DNA from: a virus
Virus record (IMG/VR): IMGVR_UViG_3300008263_000022
Location: 1-64,000 of that record
Reading direction: 5' to 3' (one strand)
DNA length: 64,000 bases
Positions 28,716 to 37,333 of this stretch are shown piece by piece. The notes beneath the pieces were generated by a model that saw only the letters and a list, made by a program, of their open reading frames with translations, ran no database searches and was not told the origin of the DNA. The number at the start of each line of letters is the position of its first letter. Within the stretch, counting starts at the first letter, position 1. Made by a program: the position numbers and the translations under genes.

Positions 28716-28907
28716 TTATTTTTTCTCTGGTACCTTTGTGCCATCCAATTTTTTATGCACTTTAATTTCTTTGCAAACTTCTTTTTCTTTACCAGTTTTT
28801 TGGTCTTTTTGCATTACACAGGCTTTCTTTGTTTCTGCTGCATAAGCAACTTGATAACCAACAAAAGACCAGACCACGAGATTGAGTGCAATTAAAAACT
28901 TTTTCAT
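28716..28907 (-). CDS. small secreted protein
   Basis: Signal peptide ending AYA; two Cys; EVCKEIKVHKKLDGT. Confidence 0.65.
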   Translation of the reverse strand: MKKFLIALNLVVWSFVGYQVAYAAETKKACVMQKDQKTGKEKEVCKEIKVHKKLDGTKVPEKK

Positions 28908-29128
28908 TTTTGTTCTTCCTTTTTAGCAAATTTTTCTGAGGCGGTAAAGCCTAATCCTGCAATTACCAAATATATCATCGAATCAAATAGTGATGGAGTT
29001 ACTTTATATCCATATATGTCAGCAACAAGTGCAAAGCCACATACTAGAAATGCCAAAAATGTTATAACTCTTTTGCTACTGACTGAACTATTTTGTCCAT
29101 CGGATAGCATGCTGTTCAACCAATTCAT
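28904..29128 (-). CDS. two-TM membrane protein (holin candidate)
   Basis: SSKRVITFLAF...IAGLGFTASEKF, charged C-terminus, close to the endolysin. Confidence 0.6.
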   Translation of the reverse strand: MNWLNSMLSDGQNSSVSSKRVITFLAFLVCGFALVADIYGYKVTPSLFDSMIYLVIAGLGFTASEKFAKKEEQK

Positions 29129-29129
29129 T

Positions 29130-29612
29130 TTATAACTCCGGCTGAGGTGGTTGAACTGGTGCAGCTTTGCCACCAAATCCTGTTACAACTGCTGGTGCAA
29201 ATGGAGATGGTGCAGGTGCCGATGCAAAAGTAGGTGTTGTTGCACCAAAACTTGGTGTAGATGGTGTTGTTGGTGCAGGCGATACTGTTGTTGTTCTATT
29301 GGCCAACTCCAATGCTCTCTTTTGTGCATCTTTATCACCACCAGCCAACATAATGCCAGACAATGTACCTGTTAAAAATGTGGCGATAGGTATAATCAAT
29401 TCAAAGAACTTTTGATCAATTGGTGAAATAGCATTGAGTGGTTGTGTAACAAAAATTAGTGAGTATAACACCACAAACACAATACCAAACAATGTAAGTG
29501 ATAAACAGATACCAATAAAAAACTTCAAGCGAGCCATTAACTGCTCTTCGGTATACATGAAACTATCAGGTTGTTTTTCTTCTTTATTAAAAATATTTAA
29601 ATTCATTTGCAA
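29130..29612 (-). CDS. two-TM membrane protein with Pro-rich tail
   Basis: Two hydrophobic helices, PIATFLTGTLSGIML. Confidence 0.65.
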   Translation of the reverse strand: MQMNLNIFNKEEKQPDSFMYTEEQLMARLKFFIGICLSLTLFGIVFVVLYSLIFVTQPLNAISPIDQKFFELIIPIATFLTGTLSGIMLAGGDKDAQKRALELANRTTTVSPAPTTPSTPSFGATTPTFASAPAPSPFAPAVVTGFGGKAAPVQPPQPEL

Positions 29613-29875
29613 TTCGCTCCTGTTACTGGTACGGTCGGTGTATTTTGTGCAAGAGGTTTATTACCTCCTGGTCCCAATCGTGGGTCATTTTGACCTTTGA
29701 ATATGTGTTCTGGACAAGTTCTTGTTACGTCACAATATGGTAGTTTGCATATATCTTTATCCCAATTCGATGGGTCTTGGCAAGGATAACGAAAACGGTC
29801 GCCACTAAAATAAGCCAATGTCAATGGTAATAATAATATGAACAATATCCATTTCATTAACTTTTTATCATTCAT
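29603..29875 (-). CDS. membrane-anchored Cys-rich protein
   Basis: TM helix followed by RYPCQDP.NW...C..PYC....TCP. Confidence 0.65.
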   Translation of the reverse strand: MNDKKLMKWILFILLLPLTLAYFSGDRFRYPCQDPSNWDKDICKLPYCDVTRTCPEHIFKGQNDPRLGPGGNKPLAQNTPTVPVTGANCK

Positions 29876-30501
29876 TAATGAACTCCTAATACATGAAGTG
29901 CGTGTTCATAATGTTTAATTCTATCTTCAAGTCCAATGGTACCACCATTGATACGCTTTGTTAATGTGAGTATGTCGCCTTTGTCCGCCCATTGGTTTAG
30001 ATTGTTTGTTTCCCAAAACCAGCAAGCAGATTGAGCTGCACCTTCAAATGTTTGTAGATATTCAGATGCTTGTTCAACAGGTATTTCAATTGAGGCAGCA
30101 AACCAAGAATAGTTTTCTTTACCTGTCAATTGAATTAAACCACGACCACAATAACGAAAACCATCACCAGATGCCTCATCGCCATTACCCATGCGATTAG
30201 CATAGATACGATTTGCAATTGCTTCTTGTTTATTTGGTTTGTTTGCATACTCATTCGCCAGTTCATCTGTTGGAAAATACTTAGCAAATAGTTTGCGTAG
30301 TGTTGCAGCTTTGTAATTTAGATTCTCTTTGAGAAATACAAAATTACCAGATTCGTGAGCGCATTGTGCTATAAAGGCTGCAATACGTTGTGGTGTATCA
30401 ATGCCATAGTCAGGCAACAATTGTGCCAATGCACCGTGCCATTGGCCAATGTATGGATTCTTTGGCAGTAATTGCTTGAGTTGTTCTAGTGTTAAATCCA
30501 T
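29875..30501 (-). CDS. glycoside hydrolase family 19 endolysin
   Basis: AFIAQCAHES, ENLNY, GRGLIQLTGKENY, INGGTIGLEDR. Confidence 0.92.
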   Translation of the reverse strand: MDLTLEQLKQLLPKNPYIGQWHGALAQLLPDYGIDTPQRIAAFIAQCAHESGNFVFLKENLNYKAATLRKLFAKYFPTDELANEYANKPNKQEAIANRIYANRMGNGDEASGDGFRYCGRGLIQLTGKENYSWFAASIEIPVEQASEYLQTFEGAAQSACWFWETNNLNQWADKGDILTLTKRINGGTIGLEDRIKHYEHALHVLGVH

Positions 30502-30614
30502 TATTTTTTAAACATCCCTAAAACTTTAGCTTTGATTGCTTTAGCCCAAAAAGGTTCTGGAAAATGCCAGCCTACAAATGCTCCTACTGCGATCCAAAAT
30601 AGTGTATCTAACAT
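30501..30614 (-). CDS. small membrane peptide
   Basis: MLDTLFWIAVGAFVGWHFPEPFWAKAIKAKVLGMFKK; TAATG coupling to the endolysin; AGGAG RBS. Confidence 0.6.
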   Translation of the reverse strand: MLDTLFWIAVGAFVGWHFPEPFWAKAIKAKVLGMFKK

Positions 30615-30623
30615 ATTTTTCTC

Positions 30624-30830
30624 CTATGCCATTAAAGAAGCCGCACTAATAGCAGCGTTGATGATTACATTTAATTGCTCTTTCAATGCCAATCCTTCAG
30701 CATCGTCAGCAATACCTTCCATAATATTAATACCTTTTAACAATTCTACATATTCTTCTTTACTGATTTGGCCTTGTTCTAGAGCCTTATTATACTCAAT
30801 GATGTAGCTATTTAATAATTCTGGTGTCAT
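30624..30830 (-). CDS. hypothetical protein
   Basis: 68-aa ORF. Confidence 0.55.
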   Translation of the reverse strand: MTPELLNSYIIEYNKALEQGQISKEEYVELLKGINIMEGIADDAEGLALKEQLNVIINAAISAASLMA

Positions 30831-31231
30831 CTTGGTTTGCTCCCTAAAACATGTTGAATGGTATCTGCTGAATTAATTACTTGCTGTAACTTTGTTTTAC
30901 AGAAAATTGGTGAAATCTTTTCTGCTTTGTTAAAATAATCTCTTGTGTCTTTTGTTAATGTCAATAACTTGGTTGACATATTATTTGCATCTTTGTTTCT
31001 TGGTATGTGCATCGTAAAGTTTTTGAACTCTAACGATTTAATATACAATTCATTTACCTGTGTAACAACTAACAGATGGTTGCCACAGTTTTCTTCCGCT
31101 ATCTGTGCCTTTGTTTTAATTTCATTCACTAAAGCGTATTCGGTCGTATCATATTTGGCCATAAAATAGGCATCAAACAAGGCACAACCAGACAAACTAA
31201 ACGCAAATAGAACTATAAGTATTCTTTTCAT
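30827..31231 (-). CDS. lipoprotein
   Basis: LSGC lipobox. Confidence 0.75.
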   Translation of the reverse strand: MKRILIVLFAFSLSGCALFDAYFMAKYDTTEYALVNEIKTKAQIAEENCGNHLLVVTQVNELYIKSLEFKNFTMHIPRNKDANNMSTKLLTLTKDTRDYFNKAEKISPIFCKTKLQQVINSADTIQHVLGSKPR

Positions 31232-31584
31232 AATTTCTTTTTATTTTCTTTCTCACGAAATTTATTATATTCTTTTAGTGCTTCTGCTGGCATGGGTTCA
31301 AAACTAACACCTACCGCCAATATACAATACTTTTGTTCTTCTACTTTTTCCGCAACCGTAAACGATCCTGTTTTTTGATTTACAAAAATTACAAGTGGGT
31401 TAAAAATTGGAACACCTAGCACAGGAGAATTCAATGCACGAATAAACGGAACTTCATCAAACTCACCTAAAAGCTTGTATATGTTTTCTTTGTTCACACA
31501 AGAGACCGTGCGAGATTCATTTATTACCTCTTGAGCAAATACAAGATTGGGTATCATACACAAAAGAATTAACAGCTTTTTCAT
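31228..31584 (-). CDS. secreted hypothetical protein
   Basis: Signal peptide; FVNQKTGSFTV...CILAVG. Confidence 0.65.
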   Translation of the reverse strand: MKKLLILLCMIPNLVFAQEVINESRTVSCVNKENIYKLLGEFDEVPFIRALNSPVLGVPIFNPLVIFVNQKTGSFTVAEKVEEQKYCILAVGVSFEPMPAEALKEYNKFREKENKKKL

Positions 31585-32018
31585 TAGTTACACCATGATT
31601 GCTTTGCATCGCCAAAATACTCACGAGCAAAACCATTTTTAATTAAACCTGTGCGTAGTGATTGACCATCTAAAATGATATCACCCAAGACACGGCCACC
31701 AAATTTATCCCAGCCATACAACACAACTTGACGCTTGGTAGATTTGTTGACGGCGGCTTTTGTAAATTCACTAGCGGCTTTACCTCGTGCATCTTCGGAA
31801 GGACATTGAGCTCTATGTCCTTTTTCGGGAGTATCCACGCCGAATATTCGCACGGCAAGTTCTGGCTTAAGTGGTGCCGGTAAAAAGGGAGCCGCTATGA
31901 CCACAGTATCGCCATCACTTACACGGACAATCTGAGCATTATAGGTTACACCTTGCGGAGTTTTTTGTGCCATTGCCATCATAGGCACGGCAAGTAATAC
32001 TAGTAATAGTTTTTTCAT
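31584..32018 (-). CDS. staphylococcal nuclease-like (SNase) with signal peptide
   Basis: RVSDGDT, VRIFGVDTPE, DKFGGRVLG, GFAREY. Confidence 0.9.
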   Translation of the reverse strand: MKKLLLVLLAVPMMAMAQKTPQGVTYNAQIVRVSDGDTVVIAAPFLPAPLKPELAVRIFGVDTPEKGHRAQCPSEDARGKAASEFTKAAVNKSTKRQVVLYGWDKFGGRVLGDIILDGQSLRTGLIKNGFAREYFGDAKQSWCN

Positions 32019-32308
32019 TTTACACTTTCAAATATTTGTTTCTGTTGTTTATACCATAATTGCCATGCATTGTATCTATCTTGTAGTTCATAATACAATC
32101 CATAATTCTCATTAGCATTTTGTAACAAATCGGCTAATGTTTTTTTATTCTCATTTAGAGGCTTTAGAACCGGAACGGGCTCCATTAGCACTTGAGGAGC
32201 TTCTGGAAACTTTTGGCTCAACGGCACGGTTGTAGAGCACCCAAGCATCATCAGACAACTTACACTCAGCGTTAATAGCTTCCCTTTTTGCTTCAATATC
32301 TTTAGCAT
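32015..32308 (-). CDS. outer-membrane spanin (Rz1-like) lipoprotein
   Basis: MLGC lipobox followed by Pro-rich FPEAP..LMEPVP; overlaps an Rz-like ORF. Confidence 0.65.
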   Translation of the reverse strand: MLKILKQKGKLLTLSVSCLMMLGCSTTVPLSQKFPEAPQVLMEPVPVLKPLNENKKTLADLLQNANENYGLYYELQDRYNAWQLWYKQQKQIFESVK

Positions 32309-32407
32309 TCTTATTCACCTTCTCTTTAATCAACTCTTTATTCTTGCTAACTTCAGCTGCCAACTTCTCATTGGCTTTGGCAGATTTATGAATGACAAAA
32401 ACCACAT
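32151..32407 (-). pseudogene. inner-membrane spanin (Rz-like), N-terminal TM region missing
   Basis: ATG at 32407 gives MWFLSFI, then the frame shifts into coiled-coil KSAKANEKL...INAECKL...YNRA. Confidence 0.55.
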
Positions 32408-32409
32408 TT

Positions 32410-32889
32410 TTAAGCCTTAGGCTGTTTTCTCCGAATCGACATTAAGATTGGAGTTTTTTTCTTTTTTAAATTGACACCAGGTTCACCATCTTTACCCACA
32501 CCGATGCCTGCGATTGCACCACCACCCACAACATTAGCAATTCCATCTTCATTGACAGATTCCTCAGGTACACAATTTGGTACCATGCGATTACCTTTTT
32601 TCTTTAATCCAACAGCTTTATATCCTGTCCAACAAGCTTCAGTTCTCACATTGATTGGTGCGCCACGGCGTTCTGGATTAGGATCTTCTCTACGTTTTCT
32701 TTGAGCTGCAGAAGCACGAGCTTCTTTACCAATTGCATGAGCTTTGGCTTGAGGTAAACACTTTGGTTTGCCTTCACCTGGTTCTCTTGCACAATCACCT
32801 TTAATATTACCCTTGGTGTCCATTCGAACCCATTTTTGTTTAAACCATTTACGTAAATCTTCACCCAGGTGTTGTTTAAAGCTTTTCAT
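32410..32889 (-). CDS. probable capsid-packaged protein
   Basis: N-terminus MKSFKQHLGE; DLRKWFKQKWV...KPKCLP and CWTGYK...MVPNCVPEE modules. Confidence 0.65.
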   Translation of the reverse strand: MKSFKQHLGEDLRKWFKQKWVRMDTKGNIKGDCAREPGEGKPKCLPQAKAHAIGKEARASAAQRKRREDPNPERRGAPINVRTEACWTGYKAVGLKKKGNRMVPNCVPEESVNEDGIANVVGGGAIAGIGVGKDGEPGVNLKKKKTPILMSIRRKQPKA

Positions 32890-33194
32890 TAACAGTTCCA
32901 CTTTCTTAAAGCTTTGTTGATACGGCTATCCGGATCATTTGCTGTTTTAGCTGATGTTAATCGTTTTTTCATTCCACCCATTCTTGCACAAAATGATTTT
33001 CTGCGATTAGCTGCTTTGGAACCTGGTTTTAGTTTAGATGGCTTTGTTGTGACAGCCATTGATAATTTAGAACCTGGATTTTCTCTACGATATGAAGCAA
33101 TACCTTTACGATTTAGACCGCCTTCTGGATCTTTACCTGCAGAACGTTGCCATGCTGGAGATTTTTCTTCTAAGTATTGTTTAAAAGTTTTCAT
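32889..33194 (-). CDS. conserved basic T4-like protein, probably capsid-packaged
   Basis: MKTFKQYLEE (CTS-like); RRKSFCARMGGM...ALRKWNC. Confidence 0.75.
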   Translation of the reverse strand: MKTFKQYLEEKSPAWQRSAGKDPEGGLNRKGIASYRRENPGSKLSMAVTTKPSKLKPGSKAANRRKSFCARMGGMKKRLTSAKTANDPDSRINKALRKWNC

Positions 33195-33577
33195 ATTTTT
33201 AGTAGTATCTCTGCGATATTGTTATCTAAAGGAATATCTCCGGTTCGTATATTCTTTCCGTTAATGCCATAAATCATATCCGGTAAAATATTCAAATACA
33301 TCAAAAATGTTTTTAATACATCATAATCTCTTTGATCTATTTTATAAAACAATATTCTCGCTGTTGCTTCTGGTTCAAAAACATTATTCAATAAAATAAT
33401 GTGATTTAATATCAGCCTTTCTTTTACAGATTTTGTAATTTTATATCTACGAAATAATCGTTTTAAATATTTTATTCTTTTAATATCACTTTCAAACTCC
33501 GACATCATACACATTGGAGAATTATAGTGTTTTACGGCATATATTAAAAAGTTTTCATCAGTCAAATTGTCAAACAT
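33191..33577 (-). CDS. conserved T4-like hypothetical protein
   Basis: NFLIYAVKHY...KYLKRLF...ERLILNHII.LNNVF. Confidence 0.75.
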   Translation of the reverse strand: MFDNLTDENFLIYAVKHYNSPMCMMSEFESDIKRIKYLKRLFRRYKITKSVKERLILNHIILLNNVFEPEATARILFYKIDQRDYDVLKTFLMYLNILPDMIYGINGKNIRTGDIPLDNNIAEILLKI

Positions 33578-33629
33578 ATTATTATTTTTATTTCTCTCAA
33601 ATTCAAATAATGATTATTTAAAAATAATA

Positions 33630-33995
33630 TTATGGGTTAGCTGTATTAGCGATTGTTGTTGTATCACCGTCACCAGTCATGTTGGTTAAAGTAACCAATG
33701 TTTCATATTGAACACGACCAGCACGACCACCTTGGCCAGTAGTTTTTAATACCCAACCAGCATGTGCAACACCAGCTTGTTGGTTATTTGCTGTTTCAGC
33801 ATTATCAATACCAAACAATCCAATAGTTTCACGAGAGGTGTAAACGTTTGCTGTTGTGTTTGCATACAACAAAGCTACGTTGGCTGCTGTTGGGGCTGAA
33901 TAATTAGCTTTTACGTTTGTTGCGTTAACAATTGTTGAATTAACAGCCCAATATGGTGCATTGTTTGCGTTATCAATTTTTCCGTGCGATGACAT
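33630..33995 (-). CDS. putative virion structural protein
   Basis: Asn/Thr/Ala-rich; HAGWVLKTTGQGGRAGRVQYETLV; late-promoter-like GATAAATA upstream. Confidence 0.65.
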   Translation of the reverse strand: MSSHGKIDNANNAPYWAVNSTIVNATNVKANYSAPTAANVALLYANTTANVYTSRETIGLFGIDNAETANNQQAGVAHAGWVLKTTGQGGRAGRVQYETLVTLTNMTGDGDTTTIANTANP

Positions 33996-34035
33996 CTTTT
34001 TCTCCTTTAAATGTCCGTTGTTAGTTATTTATCTC

Positions 34036-35585
34036 TTATGTTTTTTTGTTTTGATCCAAAGGAGGACCAGGTTTTCTCATTAATGGATCAATTTCCAGGG
34101 TATCTCTGTCCTGACCAGTTAAAGTTTTACCTCCAGTTAAAACTGCTGCGGCTTGTGGTTCTTTATCACTTATAGTCAACTTTTTATCAGCTCTTACCAT
34201 CGATGGTTTTTTACCATAGGGAGTTTCAAGTTTATCTGTTTTTTCTTTATCATACATGATACCACCACCAGATTGACCATCAACACCTTCTTTCATGCCT
34301 TTCTTTTTATATAACGACTTAATCATACGAGCTGATTTAGACATTTCTTTTCTTTTATTGTATTTCTCATCAGCCGGTAAATCAACAATTTCCATACCTG
34401 TTGTTTGTGTAGCAGCATATGAATCTTGATAAGTATCTTCTTTATTAAGTAGTCTGGATATAAATGAAGCCTTTTTAGATGGGTTCTTGGCCAGAGTTTT
34501 TGGTTTAGGATTATAACTTGGAGTGCCCAAATTTACCTTAACATTCCTTTTATTTTTGATTGAATCTAAAGCAGCTTGAGATACATGACCTTGAACTCCT
34601 GTGGAAAAAACTTCCGACACATCTTCAGTTTCTTCTGATGTTGGTTTGTAGCCAGCTAAACGGTCTAAAGCTCTATTCCAACTTTTGCTATGGGATTTAA
34701 TTTTTTTGTTGTGGTCTTTTCTGGTCATACCTGGTTTTTTCTCAGGTACAACCGGTTGTTGTTTTAACCAAGAAAATACTGTAGATTTTTTGAGTTCATC
34801 AATCTGTTCAACTTCTTCATCAATACCACTTCCATGAAATTTATGAGCAATATGCATGGCCAATTTTTCATGTTTTTCTTTTGGTACATTGGTACTTCTT
34901 AAATATGATAAAGCTGATTGGTGGACTTTATTATCATCTCCAGCATCACTATTATAAGGAGCATGTTCAGAGTTTGTCCAATTATTGAAATGGTGTTCAA
35001 CTTCTGAACTGGAAACTTCATCAATCTGTTCAGCTTCTTCTTTGTTTAGATGTTTCTCTAAACGGTCAATTGCAGCAGTCATACCAGAACCATCTTTAGA
35101 TTGTTTCTTCTGAATCTCATCGTGTTTCTTTTCTCTTTCAGCTGCAGCTGCACGAAACTTCTCTAGTGCTGTCGGTTTCTTTTCTTCAGAAAATGACCGT
35201 TTAGCCATAATCTTGGCTAATTTACTCATTGCTTTCTTACGGGGTTCAGCTCGTTTTGGATCTTTACTGGTTGTTTTCAGAACATAAGATGCCAATGTTT
35301 CTGGAGCCAACTCATCAAGTTGTTCAGATTCTTCTTTTAAACCTAAACGGCGAGCCTCTCCTTCCATAAAAGAGTGCAGACTTTCGAATTCGCTAAATGA
35401 TTTAGCAATTTTAACTTGATACCATTCCTCTACTTCTCCACCTTCCATTTTGCAAACTCAGCTGATTTTGCATGAGAAATTTTTGTATCTTTTGTTACAA
35501 ATCTAGGATTGATTCCTCTAGAATTTAAATATACACTTAGAAGCTTTTCTTCACTGGCTTCACTAATTGTTTTATTTTCTATCAT
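34036..35585 (-). CDS. modular internal head polyprotein, frame broken near 35445
   Basis: ATG at 35585 gives MIENKQISE...KSAEFAKWK, then the frame shifts to ORF 34036..35448. Repeated EESEQLDE, EEAEQIDE and EEVEQIDE linkers. Confidence 0.6.
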
Positions 35586-35587
35586 TT

Positions 35588-37333
35588 TTAACTTTCAGAT
35601 GTGCCTAATTTACCTAACATTTCTGTTCTAACTTTTTTTAATGCTGCTTTGGCCAAATCTCTTGCTCTGGACATTGGTGTATGAACTGCACCAGATTTGT
35701 CTTTAACATTACTCGGAATTCTTGTATATGGTTGTTCAAATGGAGGTGCATCATCCGTTTCTGGACGTTTTCCTTCTTTAAGCTTGAGTGATGAAGCAGT
35801 TTCATGTGATTTTCTTGCTGGTGTGTCATCTGGTTGTATTGCTATAGGTGTAGAATCTTTTGGTTGATGTTCGCCTTCTTTATCCAAAGGCCTAACTCTT
35901 ATTTTATAGGATTTAAAATCATTTGATTTACCACCAGGCATGCGACCAATTAATGTATCGGTTGTTATGGCAGAAGAATCTTCAGTTCCTTCTTTCATTG
36001 CTTGTTTTGTTGCTGTGGCATACATTACTGATTTAGCATCTTTACCATAGCGTGATTTGAACCCAGCCAAACCTTTTTTCATTGACTTAACAATTTTTTC
36101 ACGTTTGGCCATTTCATCATCAGTCATTTGCTTTTCGTCCAACTCAACTTCTTCGCTAGCATAAGCCTTAACGCTGTCGTGCGGATCGCCTCTCATCAGT
36201 TTGCGACCAATTGCTGTATCTACATTGGAACCTAATCCTAATTTTCTGATTTTATTATCACGCCTAAATTTAGAACCCAATTTAGCTGCATAAACTTTTG
36301 CCTTAATTTTATTATCTCTTGCTTGTTCGGAAGCTTCATCCAATTCTTCAGCTTCTTCTTTCTTCATTGATTTTTTGAAACTTTTATTCAACATAGGAAG
36401 TAAAGCGCTAGTGGTTTGTTTGACGGTAGGACTTTTTCCTGGTGCATTTAAATCTGTTGGATCTTTTTTAGCGGAAGATTTAAATGCCTTCGTCAAAGAT
36501 TTACCTTCTTTACTATCAGGATGTGGATATGTGTCCATTTCATTCACCTGTTCAGATTCTTCTTTAACAGATTTCCAACCACCACCCATTGCTTTGTATT
36601 TTTTAGAAGCCCAACCATTGGCATATGCAGAAGGATAAACAGCAAACTTAGATTTGGCAGCCGCTTTGGCACGAGCCCATTTTTCTGGACTTGTTGGCAC
36701 ATTCTTCTCATCAATCTGTTCAACTTCTTCATTGCGTGCTTTTGCTAGATTTTTTGGATCAGAAATAGAATCTTTTGAACCAGACTTTACTTCAGCTGGT
36801 GTTAATGGTGCATCACCACGAGCTTTGCGAACATAAGCAGGAATATCAGAACGCTTCATGCCTTCGATTAATTTCTTTGCAAAGTACATATCTTCTTTGA
36901 CTTTCTTTTTGCTACGGAGAATAGCAAAATCATGAGCGTCAACTTTATTATTTTTATTGGCATCAATCTTATGTTGGTCACCCTTTAATTCTTCAGCAAC
37001 TTTCTTTTTGGTGGCTAATGCGGACTTCATTGGCTCTTTTTTGTCACCGTCTTTATCAAAGTCTAAGTAATCTGGCTTGGCAGCTTCATCATACTTACCT
37101 TTTGTTTTCTCATGTTCTTCTTTGTCTTTCTGCATCAAGTCTTTTGTTTTAGGACCTTTGAGGTCATCAACAGAAGATTTAGTTTGATCTTGTTTAGCCT
37201 TTGCAGAATTACCATAACTACGGCCATAAACTTTCATGCCTGTAGAAGTGGGTTCTTTGATGGGACTGGCTTCACCAATAATGTTTTTAACAGCATCTAC
37301 CAAAGATTGGCTTACATTATTTTTTGTAAACAT
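35588..37333 (-). CDS. modular internal head polyprotein
   Basis: Lys-rich modules separated by EEVEQIDE, EESEQVNE, EEAEELDE and EEVELDE; YPSAYANGW and DFDKDGD modules. Confidence 0.7.
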   Translation of the reverse strand: MFTKNNVSQSLVDAVKNIIGEASPIKEPTSTGMKVYGRSYGNSAKAKQDQTKSSVDDLKGPKTKDLMQKDKEEHEKTKGKYDEAAKPDYLDFDKDGDKKEPMKSALATKKKVAEELKGDQHKIDANKNNKVDAHDFAILRSKKKVKEDMYFAKKLIEGMKRSDIPAYVRKARGDAPLTPAEVKSGSKDSISDPKNLAKARNEEVEQIDEKNVPTSPEKWARAKAAAKSKFAVYPSAYANGWASKKYKAMGGGWKSVKEESEQVNEMDTYPHPDSKEGKSLTKAFKSSAKKDPTDLNAPGKSPTVKQTTSALLPMLNKSFKKSMKKEEAEELDEASEQARDNKIKAKVYAAKLGSKFRRDNKIRKLGLGSNVDTAIGRKLMRGDPHDSVKAYASEEVELDEKQMTDDEMAKREKIVKSMKKGLAGFKSRYGKDAKSVMYATATKQAMKEGTEDSSAITTDTLIGRMPGGKSNDFKSYKIRVRPLDKEGEHQPKDSTPIAIQPDDTPARKSHETASSLKLKEGKRPETDDAPPFEQPYTRIPSNVKDKSGAVHTPMSRARDLAKAALKKVRTEMLGKLGTSES

